From positions 1,727-65,726 of the forward strand of contig JADHTG010000010.1 in assembly GCA_016776505.1 (NCBI GenBank): a stretch of 64,000 nucleotides of DNA, given 5' to 3'. The notes under the pieces were generated by a model, which made no database searches, was not told the DNA's origin, and was given only the letters and a program-made list of their open reading frames with translations. The first letter of the stretch is position 1. The number at the start of each line of letters is the position of its first letter. The stretch comes from Bacteroidota bacterium (GTDB taxonomy: Bacteria > Bacteroidota > Bacteroidia > CAILMK01 > JAAYUY01). Both the position numbers and the translations under genes were made by a program. Shown in pieces: positions 19,872 through 28,801 of this stretch.

Positions 19872-20747
19872 ATGAAAAATTACATCCACATATTAATAAT
19901 CATTATTTGGGGAATGACTTCCTTTAATTCCTATTCATTTACCAAAGCAAGTTTCTCAGCTGATAAATCGTTGGACATTTATTCAGCACAGCTATTTCAG
20001 AAAAAGGATTCACTTAAACTCAATGGTTCTTATCTGAAATCTTACTGGACTTGCAGCAAACATATCCTAAGTTCCCCTTTTCGGTGGAATGGGAAGCAAT
20101 GGTTAACAGCTGGCCTTGTTTTAGGAGGAACAGCTGCCTTATATCCTGCAGATCAGGCAGTCAAAGATTACACACAATCCAATCACAATAAGTACACAGA
20201 TTTTCTTTTTGCTGGTGCAGAAATATTTGGAAATCCGTCCTATACGGTTCCCTTCCTGGCCCTCAATTATGTTTATGGCGCCATATTCGAAGACCAAACA
20301 TCCAAAAATGTTTCATTGCTTGGCTTTCAAAGCCTGGCCATATCAGCTGGTTTTGTTTATTTATTGAAAATGAGCACCCAGCGACACCGACCAAAAACCG
20401 GCGATCCCTATAATAGCTGGGATGGTCCTGCTTTTTCACTAGATCACACTTCTTTCCCTTCAGGACATTCATCTTCAGCATGGTCAATAGCCACTATTAT
20501 TGCCCTGGAATTTAAAGGTCACCCTTTTATTCCTGCTATTTGTTATTCCATTGCCACTTTAACCGCATTGTCAAGAGTATATGAAAACTACCACTGGTCT
20601 TCAGATATCTTCCTCGGATCAGCTATTGGATTTTTTACTGCCCGGGCAGTGCATCGCTTTCACCAGGGTGAAATGAATCAAAATCTAAGCATTATTCCAT
20701 CTATTGGAACTAATTTTAAAGGCATGAACTTATCCTATACTTTTTAG
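19872..20747 (+). CDS. PAP2 family phosphatase (membrane/secreted)
   Basis: PAP2 motifs KMSTQRHRP, PSGHSS, SRVYENYHWSSD. ORF opens at 19839. Confidence 0.75.
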   Translation: MKNYIHILIIIIWGMTSFNSYSFTKASFSADKSLDIYSAQLFQKKDSLKLNGSYLKSYWTCSKHILSSPFRWNGKQWLTAGLVLGGTAALYPADQAVKDYTQSNHNKYTDFLFAGAEIFGNPSYTVPFLALNYVYGAIFEDQTSKNVSLLGFQSLAISAGFVYLLKMSTQRHRPKTGDPYNSWDGPAFSLDHTSFPSGHSSSAWSIATIIALEFKGHPFIPAICYSIATLTALSRVYENYHWSSDIFLGSAIGFFTARAVHRFHQGEMNQNLSIIPSIGTNFKGMNLSYTF

Positions 20748-20800
20748 TTATAACTTAGATTTTCCTTCATTATTCACTTTGTTTAAGGATTCATACAATC

Positions 20801-21580
20801 ATGCATTATTACCTGGAAGCTAAAAAATTAATTGTTTTTGTAAGAAAAATCCTTTTAGCTGATTTTCCTTTTCTTATCCGCTGGTATTACAAAATATTCT
20901 GGAAGGCAAAAAAAGATTCCATAATTGAATTTATTGACCGGTATTCAAAAGCAAACAAAAATCTTTTCTTCATCCAGGTGGGAAGCAATGATGGGTTTCA
21001 AAACGACTTATTATACAAATTCATTTTACGAGACCGCTGGGAAGGCATGGTGATTGAACCCCAACCAAAACCTTTTAAAATTCTCTCTTACATTTATAGA
21101 AAAAGGAATATAATTACAGTCAATAAAGCCGTGGATGAAGTATCAAAAAGCCGTCGACTTTATAAAATAGCAGTATCGGAATCCAGGTGGGCCAGTGGTT
21201 TAAGTTCATTTGATGAATCAAAAATTAAATCCCTAATAAATAACAAAAGGGTTTTACGAAAATGCAGAAAAGAGGGTATTAAGCTCCCTCTTGATCCCGA
21301 AACTTTTGTTGGATATGAAGAGGTAAGTTGTATCCCTTTCAACGAGCTGATTGACAATTATTCCTTGGAGAAAATAAATATCCTGCAAATTGATACCGAG
21401 GGATACGACTTTGAATTGCTTAAACAGTTCGATTTTAACAAGATTAAACCCAAGGTCATTATTTTTGAAAATATCCACTTATCTGCAGCTGACAAACAAT
21501 CGGCATCTGATATGCTGAAAAATAAGGGCTACCAAATGATACATTTCGCCTCAGATACATTGGCAATACAGGTGGAATAA
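20801..21580 (+). CDS. FkbM family methyltransferase
   Basis: FIQVGSNDGFQNDL and ILQIDTEGYDFELL blocks characteristic of the FkbM domain. Confidence 0.65.
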   Translation: MHYYLEAKKLIVFVRKILLADFPFLIRWYYKIFWKAKKDSIIEFIDRYSKANKNLFFIQVGSNDGFQNDLLYKFILRDRWEGMVIEPQPKPFKILSYIYRKRNIITVNKAVDEVSKSRRLYKIAVSESRWASGLSSFDESKIKSLINNKRVLRKCRKEGIKLPLDPETFVGYEEVSCIPFNELIDNYSLEKINILQIDTEGYDFELLKQFDFNKIKPKVIIFENIHLSAADKQSASDMLKNKGYQMIHFASDTLAIQVE

Positions 21581-21746
21581 TATGCTCTCCTATTTAGCAG
21601 CTTAACTCAGGACAATTTGAATCAGCTCAATCATTCATCGACCTGATGAATTAAACACTAAATTTAACCGATGAATACAAATTAAAAGACCTAATCAACT
21701 TTTTATTCAAGGATATCCCCTTACTTTTGAAACTTAAAAAATTCCA

Positions 21747-22832
21747 ATGACGATCAAGGTTCTTGTAATTAGCAATTACAACAGTAGTTTGTCTTCAAGA
21801 CCTGAAGCTGAAATATTCCTGGGGCTGAAAAAAATGGGCCTGGAAATTACCATCATGACTCCGGCAGGCTCCATGTATGCAGAAAAGTTCTTTCAAGCAG
21901 GAATAAAAGTAATCGACTTCCTGGCTAAAAAAAAGTTTGACAGGAAAGAAATCGCCTTCATCAGGAGTACCATAATCGAAGGGAATTTCCAGCTTTTACA
22001 TTTATTCAATAGCAAATCAATCATCAATGGAATCCGGGCAGCCAGGGGACTTGACGTTAAAGTGGTGCTGTACAGAGGCTTTACAGGCAATATTTATTGG
22101 TATGATCCATCGGCTTACCTGAAATACTTAAATCCAAGAGTCGATGGTATTTTCTGTAATTCACAATCTGTTAAAGACCAGATTGACAGACAATTGTTTT
22201 TTGATAAAAGCAAAACCATTAAAATCAATAAAGGTCATTCGATTGACTGGTATAAAGATACAGAAACAATACCCCTCGAAAATATTCCGTCAACTGCATT
22301 TTTAATGTGCTGCACGGTGCGTGCCCAACCCATGAAAGGAATCAAATATTTAATCCAGGCCATGAATCTGCTTCCTGTAGAACTGCCCATTCATTTGCTT
22401 ATTTTAGGCGGACGCAAAGAGTATTTTGAGAAATTAAAAGGGATTAAAAACAGCCCGAATAAAGAAAAAATTCACATCCTGGGCTACAGGCAGGATTTAC
22501 TGAATGTGGTGGCAGGATGCAAGGTCTTTGTATCCTCCTCCATCAAGGGTGAATCCATTACCAAATCGGTCATTGAAGGAATGTGCCTGGGTCTTGCTCC
22601 TCTCATCACGGATATTCCTGGAAATGTTGAACTGCATATAAAAGGAGCCGAGAAACTGGTTGTTCCATCCAAAAACCCACAAGCGCTGGCTGATGGCATG
22701 ATTTACCTCTACGAGAACCCTGATTTGTGCGAAAAATGGGGGAAAGAAGCGAAGAAACATATTGACAAAAACCTGAATCATAAAGATACTGTACAGAAAA
22801 CCTTTGAAATGTACAAGAATTTAATTTCTTAG
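21747..22832 (+). CDS. Glycosyltransferase family 4 (GT-B fold)
   Basis: C-terminal GT1/GT4 block ...GYRQDLLNVVAGCKVFVSSSIKGESITKSVIEGMCLGLAPLITDIPG... Confidence 0.7.
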   Translation: MTIKVLVISNYNSSLSSRPEAEIFLGLKKMGLEITIMTPAGSMYAEKFFQAGIKVIDFLAKKKFDRKEIAFIRSTIIEGNFQLLHLFNSKSIINGIRAARGLDVKVVLYRGFTGNIYWYDPSAYLKYLNPRVDGIFCNSQSVKDQIDRQLFFDKSKTIKINKGHSIDWYKDTETIPLENIPSTAFLMCCTVRAQPMKGIKYLIQAMNLLPVELPIHLLILGGRKEYFEKLKGIKNSPNKEKIHILGYRQDLLNVVAGCKVFVSSSIKGESITKSVIEGMCLGLAPLITDIPGNVELHIKGAEKLVVPSKNPQALADGMIYLYENPDLCEKWGKEAKKHIDKNLNHKDTVQKTFEMYKNLIS

Positions 22833-22845
22833 TCGAATGACAGAC

Positions 22846-22900
22846 CTCACAGGTTTTTAAACTCGGAACTAGCTAAACCTGTGAGCTTGTGATATATTTT
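22846..22900 (+). terminator. Stem-loop (11-bp perfect stem ctcacaggttt / aaacctgtgag, 18-nt loop) followed by a tatatttt tract, downstream of the GT4 gene
   Basis: Seen directly. The loop is long for a canonical intrinsic terminator. Confidence 0.3.
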
Positions 22901-22996
22901 CGAATTTGCTAAAAGAAACAAAAGCTAAATCAGGCAATCCAAACTCCAGGCACTTTAAGTACATATTAATTAACTTTGAGTTCCTAAACAAGACCT

Positions 22997-23650
22997 ATGA
23001 AAATCATCAATTTATCAGAAGAAAATTCTTTGCTGAAGCAGTTTGTTTCAGAAATAAGAAATATTCATATTCAAGATGATCGATTGAGATTTCGAAGAAA
23101 CCTGGAAAGAATTGGGGAGATCATGAGTTATGAGATATCGAAAACACTTCATTTCCAGGAAATGGACATTACCACTCCATTGGGCATAAAACATACCTCC
23201 TTAATAAATGATAAAATAGTTATTGCTTCGATTATGAGAGCAGGATTGCCCTTCCACCAGGGTTTCCTAAACTATTTTGACCAGGCTGAAAATGCTTTTA
23301 TTGCTGCATTTCGAAAGCATAAATCAGGGGGAGAATTTGAAATTCAACTCGATCATATCAGTACTCCAGATCTTAATCATAAGGTATTATTGCTTGTCGA
23401 TCCCATGTTGGCAACTGCCTGGTCAATGGTAAAAGCGTACAAGGAATTACGCCATAAAGGAACTCCAGACCAGGTTCACCTGGTAGCCATTATCTCATCC
23501 CAGGCGGGAATTGATCATGTAAATACTGAACTTTCCAAAGAAAATATAACACTTTGGACTGCTGACATAGATCCGGAACTGGACAGCAAATCATACATTG
23601 TTCCCGGATTGGGTGATGCCGGGGATCTGGCTTATGGTGAGAAGTTATAA
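22997..23650 (+). CDS. upp: Uracil phosphoribosyltransferase
   Basis: VLLLVDPMLATAWSM (PRPP-binding) and C-terminal IVPGLGDAGD...GEK. Confidence 0.9.
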   Translation: MKIINLSEENSLLKQFVSEIRNIHIQDDRLRFRRNLERIGEIMSYEISKTLHFQEMDITTPLGIKHTSLINDKIVIASIMRAGLPFHQGFLNYFDQAENAFIAAFRKHKSGGEFEIQLDHISTPDLNHKVLLLVDPMLATAWSMVKAYKELRHKGTPDQVHLVAIISSQAGIDHVNTELSKENITLWTADIDPELDSKSYIVPGLGDAGDLAYGEKL

Positions 23651-23682
23651 TATCCATGTTATTCATGAGTTTAGCGAAGCGT

Positions 23683-23848
23683 CTCTTGCTTGCCTATGCC
23701 GAAAAATAAAACGTTTCCTGCTTTTTATTTAATATAGTATTGCAAGGACTCAAGTCTTTTATGTATAAATATCACATTCACTTTTCGGAAGACTTGTGAG
23801 AACAAAGGATGGCGGAACTTTTTATTTTTCGGCATAAGCCAAACAGAG
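23683..23848. repeat. Imperfect 28-bp inverted repeat (arms 23683-23710 and 23821-23848) separated by about 110 bp. The right arm is the 3' end and stop codon of the sulfotransferase-like gene
   Basis: Left arm ctcttgcttgcctatgccgaaaaataaa. The reverse complement of the right arm is ctctgtttggcttatgccgaaaaataaa. A nested 8-10 bp inverted repeat (caagtctt / aagacttg) lies inside. Confidence 0.6.
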
Positions 23849-24640
23849 TTCCCAATCTTTTTTATAATAGTCTCGTACTTTTTCTAGCTCGTTTTCAGGG
23901 ATAAGGGGTTTATTGGAGAAAAATGTTCGGGGAATCAGTTTTGCGAGATACAATATTTTGTAACGCACAACAGCTAAACAGAACCTCCAAAAAAAATGCA
24001 GTATTCTATTTTTAAAAATCCTTCTTTTTCGCATATTCACATGCTTTCCCAGAAATAAGATAGTCTTTAATTGTTTTTCTGAGTAAGAACCGTGTTTCCT
24101 TTTCAAATTGACTTTTTGCAAATCAATGGTAACATTCATTTGCAGAGCTAATTTCTCAATAAATTTTTCCGGATTTTCCTTCAGATCCTCGTAAAATAAA
24201 ACCATTGGTTTCTGATTAAAATTATTTTCAAGAATTTTGATCTGATGGTAATAGTTTAAATCCTGCTGCTTGAAATATCCTTCATCATGATCCAGGTCGA
24301 AAAAATTCGTGAATGAATCCCGGAAGCCATTTTTCACAAATCGCCTGTATTGAGAAGCGATATAACTATCATGCCTTCTAAATACGATGATCGGTTTAGT
24401 ATCAGGAAAGGAGGATGAGAATTTTTCCACTTCCTGTTCTAATTGCTGATCGAATTCCCTGGATATAAGATATCTGCTAAATTTTTTTGCGTGGATAATT
24501 TTTTCAGCTTTTTTAAAACGAGTTCTTTGGATATAATAAATTCCATCAAACTTTGGAAAAACACGATACTGTAAAAAAGTGGTAGCTGTTTTTCCTGTAC
24601 CCACATGAAAATAAATCTCCTTTTTAACAGCTTTATTCAT
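23822..24640 (-). CDS. Sulfotransferase-family protein (PAPS-dependent; Sulfotransfer_2/3-like)
   Basis: N-terminal HVGTGKTATTFLQ (5'-PSB-like P-loop) and RRHDSYIASQY (3'-PB-like RDP..S.Y). Very AT/Lys-rich. Confidence 0.5.
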   Translation of the reverse strand: MNKAVKKEIYFHVGTGKTATTFLQYRVFPKFDGIYYIQRTRFKKAEKIIHAKKFSRYLISREFDQQLEQEVEKFSSSFPDTKPIIVFRRHDSYIASQYRRFVKNGFRDSFTNFFDLDHDEGYFKQQDLNYYHQIKILENNFNQKPMVLFYEDLKENPEKFIEKLALQMNVTIDLQKVNLKRKHGSYSEKQLKTILFLGKHVNMRKRRIFKNRILHFFWRFCLAVVRYKILYLAKLIPRTFFSNKPLIPENELEKVRDYYKKDWELCLAYAEK

Positions 24641-24672
24641 CTATTAAATCATTGACGGGCCTGGCTCCTAAA

Positions 24673-25662
24673 TCAATCAAATCTTTCTTCAAGTGCCTGC
24701 AGGGTTATCAGTGGATCTTCCTGCTTATAGAGAATATGATAGACAGCCGAAACAATCTGCAGACTGATACATCTGTCTTGCAATAATTTGCATAATGATT
24801 TAACTGCATAATGTCCCTCGGGAATCATATTCATTTCTATCAATGCCGTTTTGGTCGAGTATCCTTTGCCTATCATGCTGCCAAAAGTCCGGTTCCGGCT
24901 AAATTTTGAAAAGGCAGTGACCAATAAGTCGCCCAAATAGCCCGAACTCATCAGGTTTCTTTCTGCAGCACATTCCTCTTTAAGCATCAGGTCCATTTCA
25001 CGAATTGCATTCGATATCAGTACAGCCAGAAAGTTATCTCCGTAACCCACACTTTGGCTGATCCCGGCTGCTATAGCATAAATATTTTTAAGAACTGCAG
25101 CATACTCTAATCCAATAACATCGGTTGATGTGCGAATATTTATGAAATCCATTCCTAAAAAAGAACCTGCTTCAAGTGCATTTTCCTCAGAACTGGATGC
25201 CAAGGTTAAATACGTCTTACGTTTTCTGACTATTTCTTCGGCATGTGCAGGTCCGGTAAGAAAAACAAACTGTTCAGGATGTAATTTGAATTTTTTAATA
25301 ATGTATTCCGATATTAATTGATGATCATGAGGAATCAGTCCTTTTGTTGTGGATACAATCAACTTGTTTTTCATTATAGCCGGACTTATATCCCGTAGTA
25401 CCTGTCTCAGAAAGAGAGAAGGAACAGCAATAAATAAAATGTCTGACTGCTTAAAAATCTCCTTGATATCAGTGCTTAACTGATCCTCTTTTAACTTTAA
25501 ATCCACTGATCTCAGGTAGTTTGGATTTCGACCAAACAATTTGATTTTGTTCAGGCTGTCCTTTTTCCGGATCCACCAAAACACATCCCCTTCTTTATCC
25601 AGTAAGGTTTTGACTATGGCAGTGCCATAACTTCCGGCTCCGATCACTCCTATTTTAGTCAT
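24673..25662 (-). CDS. gpsA: NAD(P)H-dependent glycerol-3-phosphate dehydrogenase
   Basis: MTKIGVIGAGSYGTAI Rossmann N-terminus, about 330 aa. Its start overlaps the upstream stop by 8 nt. Confidence 0.9.
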   Translation of the reverse strand: MTKIGVIGAGSYGTAIVKTLLDKEGDVFWWIRKKDSLNKIKLFGRNPNYLRSVDLKLKEDQLSTDIKEIFKQSDILFIAVPSLFLRQVLRDISPAIMKNKLIVSTTKGLIPHDHQLISEYIIKKFKLHPEQFVFLTGPAHAEEIVRKRKTYLTLASSSEENALEAGSFLGMDFINIRTSTDVIGLEYAAVLKNIYAIAAGISQSVGYGDNFLAVLISNAIREMDLMLKEECAAERNLMSSGYLGDLLVTAFSKFSRNRTFGSMIGKGYSTKTALIEMNMIPEGHYAVKSLCKLLQDRCISLQIVSAVYHILYKQEDPLITLQALEERFD

Positions 25663-27004
25663 CTTCCTTTTTCTTATCCTTTTCTTTCACACTTTGCCCG
25701 TCTTTCAATATCTTCGATACGATGCTGTAAGGACCGCTAACTACTACCTGGCCTTCTTCCAAACCCTCAAGGATCTCGATATAATAATCATCCTGCATCC
25801 CAATTTCAACTTGCTTCATTTTGGTTTCTCCATCTTCAAAAAGAAAAACAACCTCACTTTTATTATTTTCATCCTCCTCCTTTTTCTTCCTGCCTTCATC
25901 TTCATCACCCTCCGGATTAATAAACCGGGTTGTAACAGAAAGAATAGGCACACTAATAACCCCTATTGCGCTGTTAGTATGCACATCAACCATGGCGGAC
26001 ATCCCAGGCCTGAAAGGTGTTTTAACAGTTTTAGTGGTATCTATGAGATGGGCATAAGACTCTTCAATAAGTTTCACTTTAATATCGAAAGTCGTAATCT
26101 GATCTACTCCACCTACATTGTCTTTACTGGAATTGGCAATTTCCGTAACTGTTCCTCTGAATTTTTCATTTAGAAAAGCATCCACTTCAATATCAGCCGT
26201 ATCACCCAATGAAATACGGATGATGTCATTTTCATTCACATCAATGTTCACAACCATCTGGCTTAAGTCTGCCAATCGAAGAATGACCGTGCCTGCCATT
26301 TGAGCAGTTCCAACCACTTTTTCGCCCTCCTGGTTATTCAATCTTGTAACAATGCCATCTATTGGAGAATATATGGATGTTTTGCTCAGACTTTCAAACG
26401 CTTTTTGCTTGCGGGCTGCAGCTGAAACAATACTATACTTGGCTGTTTCAACACCTTGCCTGGCAGATTCATATTGTGCTTTTGCGCCCAGGTATTCTGA
26501 TTCTATTCTTTCAAATTCAGTATCAGAAACTGCACTTTTTTCTTTTAAAACAGCATATCTATCGTACAAAGTTTTGCTTTTTTCGAGGTATGCTGAAGAT
26601 TGCTCCAAATTGGCTTTTGCATTCTCTAATCCGGCCAGTGAACTATTATAAGATGCAATTGCATCATCCACATTGGATTTAAACTCATCCGGTTTAATTC
26701 GCAACAGCAAATCTCCCTTTTTCACCCGATCCCCTTCTTTCACTGAAAGTTCAATAATTTCACCCGGTACATCTGAAGAAATTGACAGCTCTTTTTCAGG
26801 TCTCAGTTTACCACTGGCAGTGATCACTTCTGAAATAGATCGTTTGCTAACCACATCTGTTTCAACTTCTATCATATTGCTATCTCCTATCACTCCCTTT
26901 TTACTCAGGATAATGAGTACTACGATCATGGCGACCATGGCGACTGCAATCCATACAAATAACTTGTTACTTTTCTTTTTATAATGTCTTTTCTCAATAG
27001 CCAT
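25655..27004 (-). CDS. HlyD/MacA-type periplasmic adaptor (membrane fusion protein) of a tripartite efflux system
   Basis: N-terminal TM anchor, biotinyl/lipoyl-like hairpin, long coiled coil, beta-barrel. Unusual acidic/basic insert (EGDEDEGRKKKEEDENNK) and a KEKDKKKEDD tail. Confidence 0.8.
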   Translation of the reverse strand: MAIEKRHYKKKSNKLFVWIAVAMVAMIVVLIILSKKGVIGDSNMIEVETDVVSKRSISEVITASGKLRPEKELSISSDVPGEIIELSVKEGDRVKKGDLLLRIKPDEFKSNVDDAIASYNSSLAGLENAKANLEQSSAYLEKSKTLYDRYAVLKEKSAVSDTEFERIESEYLGAKAQYESARQGVETAKYSIVSAAARKQKAFESLSKTSIYSPIDGIVTRLNNQEGEKVVGTAQMAGTVILRLADLSQMVVNIDVNENDIIRISLGDTADIEVDAFLNEKFRGTVTEIANSSKDNVGGVDQITTFDIKVKLIEESYAHLIDTTKTVKTPFRPGMSAMVDVHTNSAIGVISVPILSVTTRFINPEGDEDEGRKKKEEDENNKSEVVFLFEDGETKMKQVEIGMQDDYYIEILEGLEEGQVVVSGPYSIVSKILKDGQSVKEKDKKKEDD

Positions 27005-27033
27005 TGTATTTCTTTTTGCTTTGAATAAATTTC

Positions 27034-28386
27034 TTATAAACTCAATGGAACTCCCCTGTAATAATCAAATACTTTAATCCGATATAAATAATCGTATTTA
27101 GCACTTAATAAGGATGTTTCTGCTTGTGAAAGGTTGTTCCTGGATGATTGCCATTCATAAAAATTGAGCATTCCTTCTTTATACATCAATGTAGACTGAT
27201 CGAATAGCAAGCGCTGGGCCTCCTGGCTTTTAATGGCCGCTTCATATTTTTTCCCTGCATTAATCATTAAAAAATACGTTTCATACATGACATTCTTTGA
27301 CTGCACTTCAGTATCCAAATAGGCAAGCTCGGCATTTTTAATGTTCAGTTGTGCAATCTGAGCCGCTCCTGAGTTCCTCAAATTGTTAAACAGGGGAATT
27401 TGAAGACCAAAAGTCAGGTATTGTCCCAAATTATTATCCAATTGGTCTATATAAGGATCTTTTTGTCCGGTTAATGGATTTATTAAACTGGAATAGCGTG
27501 TCCCCATGGAAGACTGCAATTCTAAACTCGGGTATTTCATGGCTTGAACTGACTTATAATAAAACTGGGTACTTGCAAGATCTGATTTTGCTTTCTTTAC
27601 TTTTGGCAGTTCTGCCACATTATTATTGATAACGGTTTCTATATCAATCCGGTCATAATCACCACCCGTTACCAGGTTTATATCATATGTATTGATCTTA
27701 ATAGGTTTGCTGATCTCCCAGTTAAGAATTTGTTTTAGCTGTAGATAACTTTGCTCCAGATTATTTTTAGCTTCTATATGTGAAACCTCGTTGTTCGCTA
27801 GTTCCGCTTTTAATTCCAGTTCTTTGGATTTAGTTTCCTGACCCACATCAACTAAAATCTTTATCCTTTCCAGTAATCCCTTTGTTAAATCTATTTGTTC
27901 TTCAGCGAGTTTCAGTTGTTCGATATTCAAAAGTATCTGAAGATAAGCCAGAGCTACATTCATGGCTACCTGGTCTTTAATATCTTCATGAGTCCAGTTG
28001 CTGGATTGAAGAGCATACTGACTTGATTTGACTCTGTTTTGCAAATTGAAGCCATTGAAAACAGTGAAATTTGAACTTAGCTGGAAATAGTTTGAATTAG
28101 TTCTGTCTTTCACATATTCATAGGTAGTATAATCAAGAGAGTTACCAAAACTTAAGCCCTGGTTGATATAGCCATTAATGGATGGCAACATGGCGGCTTT
28201 GCTTTGCAGCAGTTCAGATTGCTTTTGATCTATGTCCAGTTTATTTTGCCTTATGCTTATGTTTTGTTGCAAAGCATATTCTATACAATCCGAAAGGCTT
28301 AATGCTTCTTGCGCTATTATGTTTCGGGGGGAGATTAAAATCCCGGACAGCAACAGAATAACACATATTGAATAGAAGTTCTTCAT
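27034..28386 (-). CDS. TolC-family outer-membrane efflux protein
   Basis: Signal peptide; two-repeat OEP architecture with coiled-coil heptads; 450 aa. Confidence 0.8.
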   Translation of the reverse strand: MKNFYSICVILLLSGILISPRNIIAQEALSLSDCIEYALQQNISIRQNKLDIDQKQSELLQSKAAMLPSINGYINQGLSFGNSLDYTTYEYVKDRTNSNYFQLSSNFTVFNGFNLQNRVKSSQYALQSSNWTHEDIKDQVAMNVALAYLQILLNIEQLKLAEEQIDLTKGLLERIKILVDVGQETKSKELELKAELANNEVSHIEAKNNLEQSYLQLKQILNWEISKPIKINTYDINLVTGGDYDRIDIETVINNNVAELPKVKKAKSDLASTQFYYKSVQAMKYPSLELQSSMGTRYSSLINPLTGQKDPYIDQLDNNLGQYLTFGLQIPLFNNLRNSGAAQIAQLNIKNAELAYLDTEVQSKNVMYETYFLMINAGKKYEAAIKSQEAQRLLFDQSTLMYKEGMLNFYEWQSSRNNLSQAETSLLSAKYDYLYRIKVFDYYRGVPLSL

Positions 28387-28454
28387 CTAATTATTATTTA
28401 ATTTCAAATACTTTATTAAAAAGTACCCGAATTATTCTTAAAATCATTGAATTA

Positions 28455-28472
28455 TTATATGATATCATATAA
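28455..28472. promoter_or_regulatory. Perfect 18-bp palindrome ttatatgatatcatataa, about 70-85 bp upstream of the tolC start codon
   Basis: Seen directly in the 415-bp AT-rich tolC upstream region. Candidate operator. Confidence 0.3.
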
Positions 28473-28801
28473 TTAATCAAATCGGTACAAATTATTTTAT
28501 CATTAGCTGCAATTTCTATTTCCAGGTGCTCCTGTGCTCTAACAACTTTGAATCTAAAAAGTAAAACAATATTCCCTTTACCAGCCAATTAAATATGAAT
28601 GATGGCGAACTTTAAATTAAAAGGTATTTTTTTACAAGAGAAAATTAGGAACAATTATTCAATTTTTTAGCCACAAGAATTTTACGTGAAAAGAATTGAT
28701 ATAGCTGTGCATTATTATATTTTCTTTTTCCTGCCAATCACACTAATTTTAAACATTGAAATAAATAGGAAGATAAGCCCTCATTTTATCTTTAGCTGGT
28801 C

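Noticed and set aside
22846-22885. 11-bp-stem hairpin after the GT4 gene, considered as an att site or tRNA fragment
   Set aside because: No tRNA-like structure or adjacent integrase. Most simply a (weak) transcription terminator or attenuator, so it is listed only as a low-confidence terminator.
28394-28588. 64-aa ORF immediately upstream of tolC, considered as a possible exported peptide or bacteriocin precursor for the TolC/adaptor pair
   Set aside because: No double-glycine leader or other precursor hallmark. It lies in AT-rich promoter DNA where spurious ORFs are expected. No C39-peptidase ABC exporter is present.
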